Source: Dictyostelium discoideum (lineage: Eukaryota). Taken from it: DNA of 64,000 bases. Of the stretch, positions 1 through 16,565 are shown in pieces (within the stretch, counting starts at the first letter, position 1; each line of letters begins with the position of its first letter). The notes below the pieces were generated by a model. That model made no database searches. It had not been told where the DNA came from and saw nothing but the letters and a program-made list of their open reading frames with translations. The stretch spans positions 5,408,001-5,472,000 of the forward strand of contig CM000151.3 in NCBI GenBank assembly GCA_000004695.1, given 5' to 3'. The position numbers and the translations under genes were made by a program.

Positions 1-1851
1 ATAATTCAATGGGAATAAAATTTTACAAAGTTTTATAAATAAATAAATAAAAAATAAAAAAAAAAAATATATATATTATTTCTCCCACAAGAATAAACTA
101 TTTATTATTATTTTTTTTTTTTTTTTTTTAAAAAAAAATCTAAATAAAATCTTTAACTATTTTTAAATTATTACCAAATATATTATTTGCTTTTTTTTAA
201 AAAAAAAAAAAAAAAAAATCAAAAAAAAGATACAATTAAAAAGATATCTTTTTAATAAAAAATCTTAAAGTTAATCTATTAATTATATTAAAAAAGTTAA
301 TGTTATTTATTTATAATTTTATAATTTTTTAATTTTATTTTTTTTTTTTTTTATTTTTTTTTTTTTTCATTGTTTGATTAATAATATTTATTTTTTTTTT
401 AAAAAAAAAAAAAAAAGATTGTTAATGATTATCTTATTGATTATTTGGGTGGTTGATTTCAAGCCTATTCAAAGTGTTTAAATTTTAATATTAAAATATT
501 TTTATTAATTTTTTTATATTTTTTTTATTTTTCTTTGGAGTGTTTTTAGATTATGTCACTTTTAACTATTTTTGGGTAATCAAAAATAAAAAAATAATAA
601 AAAGTGAGGCCAATTGAAAATATATAAAAATGGTAAGGGATTTTGTTTTATTATTTGTTATTAAATTTCAGAAACTTGTAAATAATAAATTTTTTAAAAA
701 AATTCCCTTTTTCAATATTCTCTTTTAGTGGGCCAGGGGCTTTTTTTTTTTTTTTTTATCTCAAATAATATTATTTAAAAAAAATAAAAAACTGACATCG
801 ACAGTTTGTTTTTCAAAAACTGAATAATTTTTTAATTTCTTTTTTTTTTTATTTTCTTTTTTTTTTTTTCTTTTTTTTTTTTAATTTTTACTTTTTATTC
901 TTTTTTTTTTTTTTTTTTTTTAACTTACCAATAATATTTAATAAATAATAAATATTAAAAAAAAAAAAAAATCAGAACGAGTGTTATAAATAAAAAAAAA
1001 AGGTAAAAAATAAAAACTAATCAAATAATTGGAACAAAAAAAATAATTGGAAAAAAAAACCACGTTGCGTGCACACCACTCGCATTCTGAAGAATAATTT
1101 ATTTTAAGAAAATAAATATCTAAATTTTTTCTTTTTTTTTTGTTTTTTTTAATTTTTCGTGTCCCCAGGTTTCACCAAAAATAAGACACTTTTTTTTGGT
1201 TTTTTTTTTTTTTTTTTTAGTAAAAATTTCATAAGAATTTTTTTTTTTTAAATTAATATAATAATTTCATCATTTTAAAAACAGTTTGAATAAAATAAAA
1301 ATAATAATACCAAAATCAACGTTTAAACAAATATAGATTGGAAAATAATTTTTAGTAAAAATTTTTAAATAAAAACAAAACAAAATTAAAAATAAAATAA
1401 AAATAATAAAGAAGTGTGAGTGTGTTTCCTTTTATATATTTTTTTTTTTTGTGTTTTGTTTTTTATCTTAATTTTTATTTTTATTTTTATTTTTATTTAA
1501 TTTGTTTTTTTTGTTTTGTTTTTTTTTTTTATTTTTTTTATATTTTTTAATACAACAAAATAATTTTTTAAAATTTCAACAACTTTACTAACACTTTCAA
1601 CACCCACACATAATATTAACAATAACAAAATATAGAATATAGAATATCGCTGTATATACAAATACAACACAAGCATCTATATATATATATATATAAAATA
1701 AATTCATTTTGAAGTTTTGTAACAATAGTATAAAACAGATAAACAGATAAATAGATAATCTTTTTTTTTTTTCCTTAAAATTTTTTTTTTTTTAAAATTA
1801 TAATAATTACACTTATAAAAAATAAAAAAAAAAAAAAAATCAACTTTAAAG

Positions 1852-1888
<37 letters not shown>

Positions 1889-1974
1889 ATACATTAAAAA
1901 AAAAAAAGAAACTTTATAGAAAAAAAAAAAATATATAATAAAAAAAAAAAAACTTGTTTAAACGATCATTAGTA

Positions 1975-3608
<1,634 letters not shown>

Positions 3609-3611
3609 AAT

Positions 3612-3644
<33 letters not shown>

Positions 3645-4016
3645 AGTCTTGAACCAAAAAAAAAAAAAAAAATAAAAAAAAAAATAAAAATAAAAATAAA
3701 AAAATGATATAGTTATTTATTTAATATAATATCATAAAGTACATATATAAATAAAAAAAAAAAATAAAAAAAAAAGTATTCAAAATATAAAATCTTATAT
3801 TTATTAAAAAAAAAAAAAAAAAAAATTATTATTTATTTATTATTTACTTTTAATAATTTCATTTATTATTTCCATTTATTATTTATATTAGTTATTATTA
3901 TTTACAAAGAGTGAGAATCTTATTACTACTATTATTTAATTTTTATTTTTTTTTTCTTTCTTAATTTTTTATATGATTGGCATTATTTTATTTTTAGTAT
4001 TTTTTTTTTTAAAAAA

Positions 4017-4463
4017 TTATTTATTTGGTTTAATAGTTTGCATTACACCAGCTAAACCAGAGAGTAAAGGATTTTCAGCTTTTTCTAATTTATTTTGAAT
4101 TTCATAATTTGAAAATATAATAGTTGGATTGGTCTCTAATACCAAACCACCCATTACCATTTCATCTAAAATATAGTGTACTTTATCAATGTGAAAAATG
4201 AGATCTAATTCACAAACATTTTCAAAACCTATTAATATTTATAAAAATTTCATAATAATAATAATAATAATAATATTTTTGATTAAATTGATTTGTAAAA
4301 ATTATATTGAATTGTTAATTGAATTGAATTATAATTGAATTGCAATTGCAATTGGATTGTAATTGAATTGATTTAATTTAATTTAATTTAATTTTAAAAT
4401 GAAATTAATATGTATGTATGTATGTAAGTATATGAGGGGGGGGGGGGGGGGGTATTAAAATTT

Positions 4464-4494
<31 letters not shown>

Positions 4495-4878
4495 AATAAT
4501 TACATTTATCTAAAGATTCAACAAAAGTTTGGATTAAATCAATTATTGATAATTCACTTTCAGATGAATCAACGCAAAATATAAAAAATAATGTAGCATA
4601 ATGACGATAAATGATTTTTGTATCTTTATCAAATATATTTGAATTATTACCAATTTCTAAAAAATTACATGATCTTTCTGTTCTCTTTGATACTAATAAA
4701 AATAATTCTCTAATAATTTGTTGTTGTTTTTCTTCACTCTATTAAATATTGGTTTTTTTAGTATATATATATCTGACAATTTATGAGAAAATAAAAAAAT
4801 AACACTTACATAATGTTCATAAAATTTAATTAATCTTGGTTTACCATGATTATTTATAATTAATATAGACTTGATCAT
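4017..4878 (-). CDS. ap3s1: AP-3 adaptor complex sigma subunit (clathrin-adaptor small chain). Three exons, join(4878..4810,4738..4504,4228..4017).
   Basis: Translation MIKSILIINNHGKPRLIKFYEHY|SEEKQQQIIRELFLLVSKRTERSCNFLE...IIYRHYATLFFIFCVDSSESELSIIDLIQTFVESLDKC|FENVCELDLIFHIDKVHYILDEMVMGGLVLETN... is near-identical in pattern to metazoan AP3S1 (MIKAILIFNNHGKPRLSKFY...QQQIIRETFHLVSKR...YRHYATLYFVFCVDSSESELGILDLIQVFVETLDKCFENVCELDLIFH). Introns have GTAAGT/GTAATT donors and AG acceptors, and phases are consistent, including the split Cys codon T|GT. Confidence 0.85.
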
Positions 4879-5400
4879 TATAAATTATTTTTTTTATTTA
4901 TTTTTAATAGTGCGTCGAATATGTGGTTTGACAATTTTTAAAATAAAAAAAAAAAAAATCCAAAACAAAAAATTTTTTTTTTTATTTTTTTATTTTATTT
5001 TTTTTTTTTTTATTTTTTTTTTGCGATTAATTTGGCGTGGTCATTGGTAGTATTGAAGTGTTTTTATGTTGACAAAAGAAAAAAAATAAAAATAAAAATA
5101 AAAATAGAAATATAATTTTAAAAGTAATAATAAATAAATAAATAAATAATCTGTTTAATCTTTATTTTCAAAAAAAAAAAAAAATTTATATTTTATTGAC
5201 TTTGAAAATCAAAATTTTTTATATTTTATTGACTTTGGAAATCAAATTTTTTTTTTTTTTTTTTTTTATTTTTTTTACATTTTATTTTTTTTTTTTATTT
5301 TTTTTTTTTCACTTTTTTTTTTAAATTTTTTAAATTTCATTTTAACAATTTTATCATCATTTTTTTTTTTTTTTAATATTGATAAATAAATACAAAAAAA

Positions 5401-5571
5401 ATGAACAGATTATTTAAAGTTCAATCTGTAATTTCAAAACCAGTTGGATGGTCAAGCATTAGAAGTTTTCACTCATCTAGTGCAAACTATGTAGGTTTTT
5501 ATTATTAATTATTATTATTATTATTATCATTATTATTTCATCAATTGGTTGTCAGTATTGATGATCAGCTG

Positions 5572-5604
<33 letters not shown>

Positions 5605-7816
5605 AAATAAAATAAAATAAAAAAAAAAAAATTATAAAATAAATTAATAAATTAATTTAAAATAATTATAATTATAATTAATAAATAATAATTTATACAA
5701 ATAATAATAATTTTTATTTATTTTTTTTTTTTTTTATTATTATTATTATTTATAATTATAGATGTTTGAAAAGATTTTAATTGCAAATAGAGGTGAAATT
5801 GCATGTAGAGTTATGGAAACATGTAAAAAGATGGGTATTAAAACAGTAGCAATTCATAGTGATGTTGATAAGAATGCTAAACATGTAAATATGGCAGATG
5901 AAGCAATTTGTGTTGGACCAGCACCAACATCAGAATCATATTTGAATATTGATGCAATTGTAGAGGCAATTAAGATGACAGGTGCACAAGCAGTACATCC
6001 AGGTTATGGATTTTTATCAGAGAATTCAAGATTTGTAAAAGAGTTGGAGAATATTGGTGTAACATTCATTGGACCAGGATCATATGCTATGCATGCATTA
6101 GGAGATAAGATCGAATCAAAACGTATTGCCAAAGAGGCAGGTGTTAGTGTTGTACCAGGTTACATTGGAGAAGTCGATGGTATGGATCATGTTATAAAGA
6201 TTGCCAACGAGATTGGTTATCCAGTTATGGTTAAAGCATCAGCAGGTGGTGGTGGTAAAGGTATGAGAGTTTGTAGAAATGATGAGGACGTTAAAATTGG
6301 TTTCCGTCTCTCAAAACAAGAGGCAAAATCTTCATTTGGTGATGATAGAATGTTGATTGAGAAATACATTGAACACGGAAGACACATTGAGATTCAAGTA
6401 CTCTCTGATGGTGAAAATGCACTTTATTTCCCAGAACGTGATTGTTCAATTCAACGTCGTAATCAAAAGGTTATCGAAGAGGCACCATCACCATTCATGG
6501 ATGAAGAGACACGTACTAAAATGGGTAAAGAAGCTGCCGCCCTCTGCAAAGCCGTAGGTTACAAAAGTGCAGGTACCGTAGAGTTTTTGGTTGATCATGA
6601 CAAGAGTTTCTACTTTTTAGAGATGAATACTCGTCTTCAAGTCGAACATCCAATCACTGAGGAAATCACTAAACAAGATCTCGTCGAACATATGATTCGT
6701 ATTGCCTATGGTGAGAAATTAAAGATTAAACAATCTGATATTAAAATTCACGGTTGGGCAATGGAAAGTCGTGTCTATGCCGAGGATCCATATCGTAATT
6801 TCCTTCCATCAATTGGTCGTGTTAAGAAATACATTCGTCCAAGTGGTCCAGGTATTCGTATCGATGGTGGTATCTTTGAAGGCGCTGAAATCTCAACTTA
6901 CTATGATCCACTCATTAGTAAACTCATTACCTATGGTGAGAACAGAAAGAATGTTATCACCAAAATGAAGAGAGCTCTCGATGAATACTACATCAAAGGT
7001 GTCAATCATAATGTCGCCTTCCTTCGTGATGTCATGGAGAATAAGGATTTCGTCGATGGTAATGTCACTACCGATTTCATTCCAAAGGAGTATCCAGAAG
7101 GTTTCCAAGGTTATAAATTCTCTCCAAAACAAATCGAACAACTCTCAATTTGTGCAGTTTTCTTACGTTTTGTTGAACAACACAAAAATTTGACAAACTC
7201 TTCAAATACAAATCGTACCTCTTCCATTTCACCAGATATTCTTTACATTGCCAAGGTTGAAAATGTTCGTCACTCCATTCATTTCTATCCACTCGATAAT
7301 TCTGAAACTGACGCCGCTGCCAATGGTGCCAATGGTGATGATTCCTCAAGATTCATGGTTCAATTCATCGATCAAGAGAAAGATGGTCAAGTCATTAAGG
7401 AATTTGAATTAAATTTAGTCGATGCAACTCCACAATTTATCAAATTAAACATTGGTGGTATCTCTCATCGTTTCCAAATTCACGATAAAACTTCCACATC
7501 CTACACCCTTCAATTCCATGGTTCAAAGATTCCAGTCACCGTTTTATCTCCAGAAGAAGATTTACTCTGCCAATACATGCCAGTTAAAAAAACTGTTGAC
7601 TCTTCAAACTCTTTAATCTCACCAATGCCTGGTACTATCCTCTCTTTGGCCGTTAATGTAGGTGATAAAGTTGTCCTTGGTCAAGAACTTTGTATCGTTG
7701 AAGCAATGAAAATGCAAAATGTTCTCAGAGCTCCAAAAGATTGTGAAATTAAATCAATCAATGTTAAACCTGGTCAAGTCGTTTCTGTTGATGAAGTTTT
7801 AATTGATTTTAAATAA
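5401..7816 (+). CDS. pccA: Propionyl-CoA carboxylase alpha subunit, mitochondrial (biotin carboxylase plus biotinyl/BCCP domain). Two exons, join(5401..5490,5762..7816).
   Basis: The 684-aa ORF is collinear with PCCA: MFEKILIANRGEIACRV..TCKKMGIKTVAIHSDVD...PGYGFLSEN, the ATP-grasp segment YPVMVKASAGGGGKGMR, EMNTRLQVEHP, and the biotin attachment motif EAMKMQN near the C-terminus. A 30-aa upstream exon (MNRLFKVQSVISKPVGWSSIRSFHSSSANY, donor GTAGGT at 5491, acceptor AG at 5760-5761) looks like a mitochondrial presequence. Confidence 0.85.
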
Positions 7817-8777
7817 AAATAAAAATAAAATAAAAATAAAAATAAAATAAAATAAAAAAATAAAATAAAAAAAATATTTAATTAAAAAATTATAAAAGAA
7901 ATCTTTAATAATAATTTTTTTATTATACTTTAATAAACTATTATTTGGTATTATAAAAAAATGTTATATATTTTTATTAACATTAGTTAATCATTGTTTA
8001 GTTTATATTTTATTTATCAGGCAATTCAATTATTATTTTTAATTTTAAAATACAGTTTTGTTATAATTAATATTTTTATTTTATTTTTTTTTTTTATAAA
8101 TATCCAGTTATAATTAAAATATCCAATTTTGATTTAAATTTTAAAATTTTTTGGAAGTGGGAGCTATGTTTGGACTGGGACAAAATAAACTTTTCTTTTT
8201 AATTTTATTAGGATAAATTTAAGAGATTTTCAGATTAAATCACATTATATAAACAACCAACAAATTAATAAGACACCGGCTTCAACAACAACAACTCCAT
8301 AGGTTAAGAAAAAGGAAGGTGAAATTGAACAATGAGCTACCGGGGCTCATTTAGAGACCATTTTTTTTGCATTTATTTTTTTATTTTTTATTTTATTCTC
8401 AATTATACAAATTAAGATGGCTGATAATTAAAACCAAAACATCCTGTTTTTTAATATGATGGAGTTTAAAATTAAATAAATTACATATATCAAATATAAA
8501 ATTGTAATTAATTATATGAGTTGTCAAATGAGATTGTTTGGGGCACTGGTTTTGGGTTAAAAAAATTTTGCAAATTAACTTATTATAATTGTTTGATTGG
8601 ATCATTTGAAAGTTAGTTTTATATTTTGCTTTTTTTATTTATTCCAAAATAGATATTCTGTACCATTTACTAAGTAGAGTAGAGCATGAGAGTTTTTCTT
8701 CTCCATTTTAAACGTTCTTGGAGCAATTATTGAAAATAGGAAGTTCTTAAAATGGTGCGTGTGCTTTTAAAAAAAAA

Positions 8778-8850
8778 TGTCAAGTCAGAGGATCGAACTC
8801 TGGACCTTAGGATTATGAGACCTACGCTCTACCAACTGAGCCAACCTGAC
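8778..8850 (-). tRNA. tRNA-Met (anticodon CAT), elongator type, 73 nt, no intron.
   Basis: The minus-strand sequence GTCAGGTTGGCTCAGTTGGTAGAGCGTAGGTCTCATAATCCTAAGGTCCAGAGTTCGATCCTCTGACTTGACA folds as a cloverleaf. It has a 7-bp acceptor stem, an A-box GCTCAGTTGGTAGAGC, an anticodon loop CTCATAA and a B-box GGTTCGATCC. A T-run follows on the coding strand. It is close to vertebrate elongator tRNA-Met. Confidence 0.85.
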
Positions 8851-9521
8851 ATGTTAATGTTTTTTTGTTTTTTTTGTTTTTTTTTGATCGCCCCACAATT
8901 TTTCATTAAATAACAACAAAAATTTTTTTTAATTAAAATGAAAAAAATAATAAACATTTAATAATTAAACTATTAATTTAACTACACATTAAAAAAACAT
9001 TAAATAATAAAATTGATAGGACTTCACTCAAAAATACAAAAATTTGAAAGGGAACATTCACTCAGCCATTACCATAACAGAATACCTAATCCTTAAATAA
9101 TTTAATTTTACCAAAACTGACTCTAAATATAATGGTTTCTTTTCTTTTTCTTTTATTTGATTTTTAAAATTAAATAATCCTGATATTAAAAAAAAAAAAA
9201 CAAAAAAAAAAAAACAAAAAACCTTTTTTTAAATTTAATATAATATCTACAATGAATTTATTTTGAAAGTTTTTTTTTTTATACAAAGAAAAAGAGTTTT
9301 TTAAAAAAAAAAAAGTTATGAGCACTTCTTTAGTTGATTTTTTTTTTTTTTCCTCTTTTTTTTTTTTTCTTGGTTTTTTTTTTTTTTTTTTACTGATAGG
9401 ATTGGTATATTCTTTAATTATTTGTGTATTATAATAATGATTTCCATATTGTTAAATCGATATATTTTTCTTATAATTTATAAGGAAAAGTAATAATGTC
9501 ATTATTATTAATTATCTTATC

Positions 9522-9568
<47 letters not shown>

Positions 9569-9597
9569 CAAAGAAAAAGGTTTTTACAATTATTATT

Positions 9598-9970
<373 letters not shown>

Positions 9971-10159
9971 TTTTTTTTTTTTTATATATATATATTTATT
10001 TTCTTTTAAAATTAAAAAAAAAAAAAATTATAAATTGATTAATCACAAGTTTTTTTTTTTTTTTTTTTGAGATTTTATTTGTAATTATTTTTGTAATTTT
10101 TACTATAAATGACAACAATGAATGAAATTGAATTTGAAATTGAATATGAGTATATATGT

Positions 10160-10193
<34 letters not shown>

Positions 10194-10549
10194 GGTTATT
10201 ATTTTTGAAATAAATAAATATTTAAATATTTTATAATTCTAACTAAAATATCTTTATTGTTTTAGATTATTTTAATTTTATTTTTAATTTTTATTTTTAT
10301 TTTTAATTTTTTTATTTTTATTTTTATTTTTATTTTTATTTTTAATTTATATATGTTTTAGTTTAATGTTTTTTTTTGCTCTTAGTCTGAAATTTTTTAT
10401 TTTTATTTTTTTTTTTGTTTTTTTTTATTCTAACTGATTTTTTTAAAATTTTTATTAAATTTCGTTATGAATCCAAAAATTATCAGAATTAATTTAAATA
10501 ATGGGATTGATTTATTTTATTTTTGCAGAATGAAGTATTATTTTAAAAA

Positions 10550-10580
<31 letters not shown>

Positions 10581-11074
10581 GGATTTTGATTTATTTTATT
10601 ATTATTTTTATTTTTTTCCATAAAAATTAAAAAAAAAAAAAAAATAGTTATTAAAACAACAATAGCAGTTTTTAAATGAGATTATTTACAATTAAATTAT
10701 AGTTATATAAAATAAATAGTGCAGTTAAAATACTTTACTGTATAAATATATTTGTATAAATAAAAAGTTTGTGTAATATTCTGTGTGTGAATTTTTGTGT
10801 GTAATGTCTTTATGTGTGGTAGGAGTGTGTGTTTGTGTTTATGTTCTTGAATGATTTATTTATATTTAAAAAGAAAAAAATATTATTTGGTAAATTTCAA
10901 AATTTTGATTTTAATTAAATTTTGAAATTGAATTAAAAAATATAAAAAAAAAAAAAAAATAAATAATTATTAAATTTTGTTTTTTTTTAATATTTTTTTT
11001 AAATATTTTTTTTTATTTTTTTTTTTATTCAAGTGGTATGCCACCCATGGTAATAACCCCATTCCTCCCAAAAG

Positions 11075-11113
<39 letters not shown>

Positions 11114-12541
11114 AAATAAAATTTGAAACCAAAACCATTCCCCCTTTGCGTGAGTGTGGGTGTGGTGTTTTTTTTTTTTTTTTTGGTGGATATTCAACAT
11201 TCCCCAATTTAGGAAATTGAAAAAAAAAAAAAAAAAAACAAGATATTAATCAAATTTTTTTTATTGTGTGGTTATCATGGTTGATATAGGAGCGAAATGT
11301 AATTTGTATTTTGTATTTTGTATTTTGTAATTTGTTTTTTTTTTTTTTTTTTTTAATATTACATAAATTTATCATACCAAGTTGGTATGTTGTTATTTTT
11401 GTGGTTTATTATAATAATATTATCAACTCCCAAAAAAAAAAAAATTTAATAATAGAATTTTGTGTGTTTTTTTTTTTTTTTTTTTATTAATGGAATTGTT
11501 ATTATTTTGGGTGCATTGAAAAAAAAAAAAAAAGAAAAAAAAAACAAATCAAGAAAAAACAAATATTGATTATTTACCAATAATACACATTTATCTATTT
11601 TCTAAATTTATATAATTTATACCACACAAAATGATGATTTTTTTTTTTTAATTTTTTTTTTTATGATTATTATAAAAATATTAATTACCTTTTTTTTTTT
11701 TATCTACACAAAGCGACAATCATTAATATTATGACAATAGATTTTACTTTTTATTTTATTATTTGTATTTAATTATAAATATATAGATATATATTTATTG
11801 TATTTTCTAATCTTTAATTTTTTTTTTTTTTTTTTTTAGTAATGTTAATTTTACTAATGAAGGTTTAATATATAAAAAAAAAAAAAAAAAAAAAAAATAA
11901 TAATTTATATTGAAATTTAAAAAATGGGAAATTTGAAAATTTTTTTCAAATTAAAATTATTTTATTTTATTTTTTATTTTATTTTTTATTTTATTTTATT
12001 TTTTTTTTTTTTTATGGTTAACCAAGGGTCCCAATTAAGTTAAAGAACAAGAGAAATCAAATTTGACTTTTGAAAAATTAAAGTGAAAAAAAAATCAAAA
12101 AAAAAATCAAAAAAAAAAAAAAAAAAAACTAATTTGGAAAATGTTTTTAAAAAAAAAATTAAATAAAAAATAAATTTAAATGTTTTAAAAAAAAAAAGAT
12201 ATTTTTTAAGTATCTCATTCTATCTCCAAAATAATTTTTTTTCACTTTACAACTTGGCATAAAATCATAGGAATAGAATATATGTTACTACTGGTGATAT
12301 TAATTACTTCTATGAATTTTTTTTTTTTTTTTTTGGATGAGGGGTTTATTTTAAATATTTTTATATTTTAAAGATTTCAATTTGGAATGATTTGGAATGA
12401 AAAAAAAATAAAATAAAAAAAAAATGTGAAAAAGAAAAATAAAAAAATAGATTATAATAATTCCATTTTTAATTAACCCACTCCAGTAAATTTAAATTTA
12501 AATTGAATTTGAATTTAAAGCCAATGTTTTTTCATATTTTT

Positions 12542-13421
12542 TTAATTATTTTTTATTTTTTTTTTTATTTTTTTAATTTTTTTTTTTTGTTTTTTTTTGT
12601 TTTTTTTTTTTTTTTTTTTTTTTAAAAATTTATATTGGGGTGAAAAATCTCTTGGGGAATTAACAAGACCTTTTCCTTTTCTAGCACCTTTATAAACAGT
12701 CTCAATGATATCAATCATATCTTGTTTATTTGTTAGTGCCCAATTAACTTTTTTTTTAAATTTTTTTTTTTTTTTTTTTTTTTTAATAATATAAAATAAA
12801 AAGTTAGTTACCAATTTTTTTTTTTTTTTTTTGGTTTTTTGGTTTTTTGGTACTTACTTTTATTATTATTACCAGTACCTAAATCGACCATAATATGTTT
12901 ATTTCTATAAAAAAACATAGTTGGGCAATCGTCATATAACTCATACATTGAATTTAAATCTGGGACTTCTGTAATATCAACCTAAAAGTTTTTTTTTTTT
13001 TTTAAAAAAAATATTTTATTTTTTTTTTTTTAAAAATTATTATTAAAGTTTTAATTAAAGTTAGAAAGTCAGTTAAAAATTATAAAAATAATTAAAAACA
13101 AATGAAAAAAATTCACACAGAATACACACCATTCCCATGATAAAGTTTATTTTATTTTTATTATTATTTTTTAATTTATTTTATTTTAATTCATAAAATT
13201 TTTATACATATAATTCAAAAATCATTTTTGAAAATTCTAAAATTAAAAGGTGAAATAATTATACTTACCACATAAATTACAGCCATATTTTTAACTTTCT
13301 CTGCAATTGATGCTAAAATATCATCTTGTTTCATACATTCCGGATTATAATCATGGCCAAAACGTATAACTACAACTCTATCTTCTTCAGTGGACAATTG
13401 CTTGATCAATAGCCCACCCAT
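12542..13421 (-). CDS. Dim1 / thioredoxin-like 4A (U5 snRNP 15 kDa protein) homolog. Three exons, join(13421..13269,12981..12858,12747..12542), 3' end uncertain.
   Basis: Spliced translation MGGLLIKQLSTEEDRVVVIRFGHDYNPECMKQDDILASIAEKVKNMAVIYV|VDITEVPDLNSMYELYDDCPTMFFYRNKHIMVDLGTGNNNK|INWALTNKQDMIDIIETVYKGARKGKGLVNSPRDFSPQYKF matches human TXNL4A almost residue for residue (..EEDRVVVIRFGHDWDPTCMKMDEVLYSIAEKVKNFAVIYLVDITEVPDFNKMYELYDPCTVMFFFRNKHIMIDLGTGNNNKINWAMEDKQEMVDIIETVYRGARKGRGLVVSPKDYSTKYRY). Donors are GTAAGT, and phases are 0 and 1 with a split Ile codon A|TT. After the conserved ...QYKF no stop follows, and the frame runs through poly(A)-encoded Lys/Asn to 12542. Confidence 0.8.
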
Positions 13422-13844
13422 TTGGAAGATGTGTTAATAAATATGACAAAATAATAATAATAATAATAATAATAATATTAAAAAAAAAGAGGTTTAGTTT
13501 AAGTTGGTTGTTTATAAAAATAAAAAAATAAAAAATAAAAAATTAAAAAAATGAAAAAAAAAAAAAAAAAAAAATTAAAAACTTTTTTTATTTTATTTTT
13601 ATTTTTTTTTTTTTTTTTTTTTTTTAATTTTTTTTTTTAAGATTTAATTACAATAAAAATAAATTTTTTTTTTTTTTTTTTTTATTGTCTTTTAATTTTT
13701 TTTTTTTTTTTTTTAAAATCCATTGTGTTAAAAACTTTATTTATTTTTTTTTTTTTAAAAAAAAAAAAATAACTATACAAAATAATCAAGTTGATAATAA
13801 ATAAAATAAAAACTATAACCAAATAAAATAAAAAACATAAAAAA

Positions 13845-16350
<2,506 letters not shown>

Positions 16351-16565
16351 ACTAGTAACAAATAAAAAAGAAAGAATAAATAGTTTAAAATTTCGTTTCT
16401 TATTTTTTTTTTTTTTTTTTTTTTTCTATTTTTATTTTATTTAAATTTTATATCACAGATTTGTAAATTTTTAAATCTTTAGATTTATATAAATATTTTT
16501 TTTTTTTTTTTTATTAAAACATAATTTATTTATTTATTATTTATTATTTATTATTATTTTTTTTT

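Noticed and set aside
6357-7349. Short sense and antisense ORFs nested in the PCCA exon (6357..6557, 6771..6968, 6893..7141, 6981..7193, 7077..7349), and similar nested ORFs in the RRM, PTB, USP, DUF726 and TBC genes (13852..14326, 15020..16444, 21587..21898, 22319..22504, 28489..28671, 35771..35959, 38003..38203, 38906..39386, 39971..40339, 40760..40942, 52445..52639, 53999..54649, 58037..58576)
   Set aside because: They are out-of-frame or opposite-strand readings of well-supported conserved genes. Their composition is skewed as expected for shadow ORFs.
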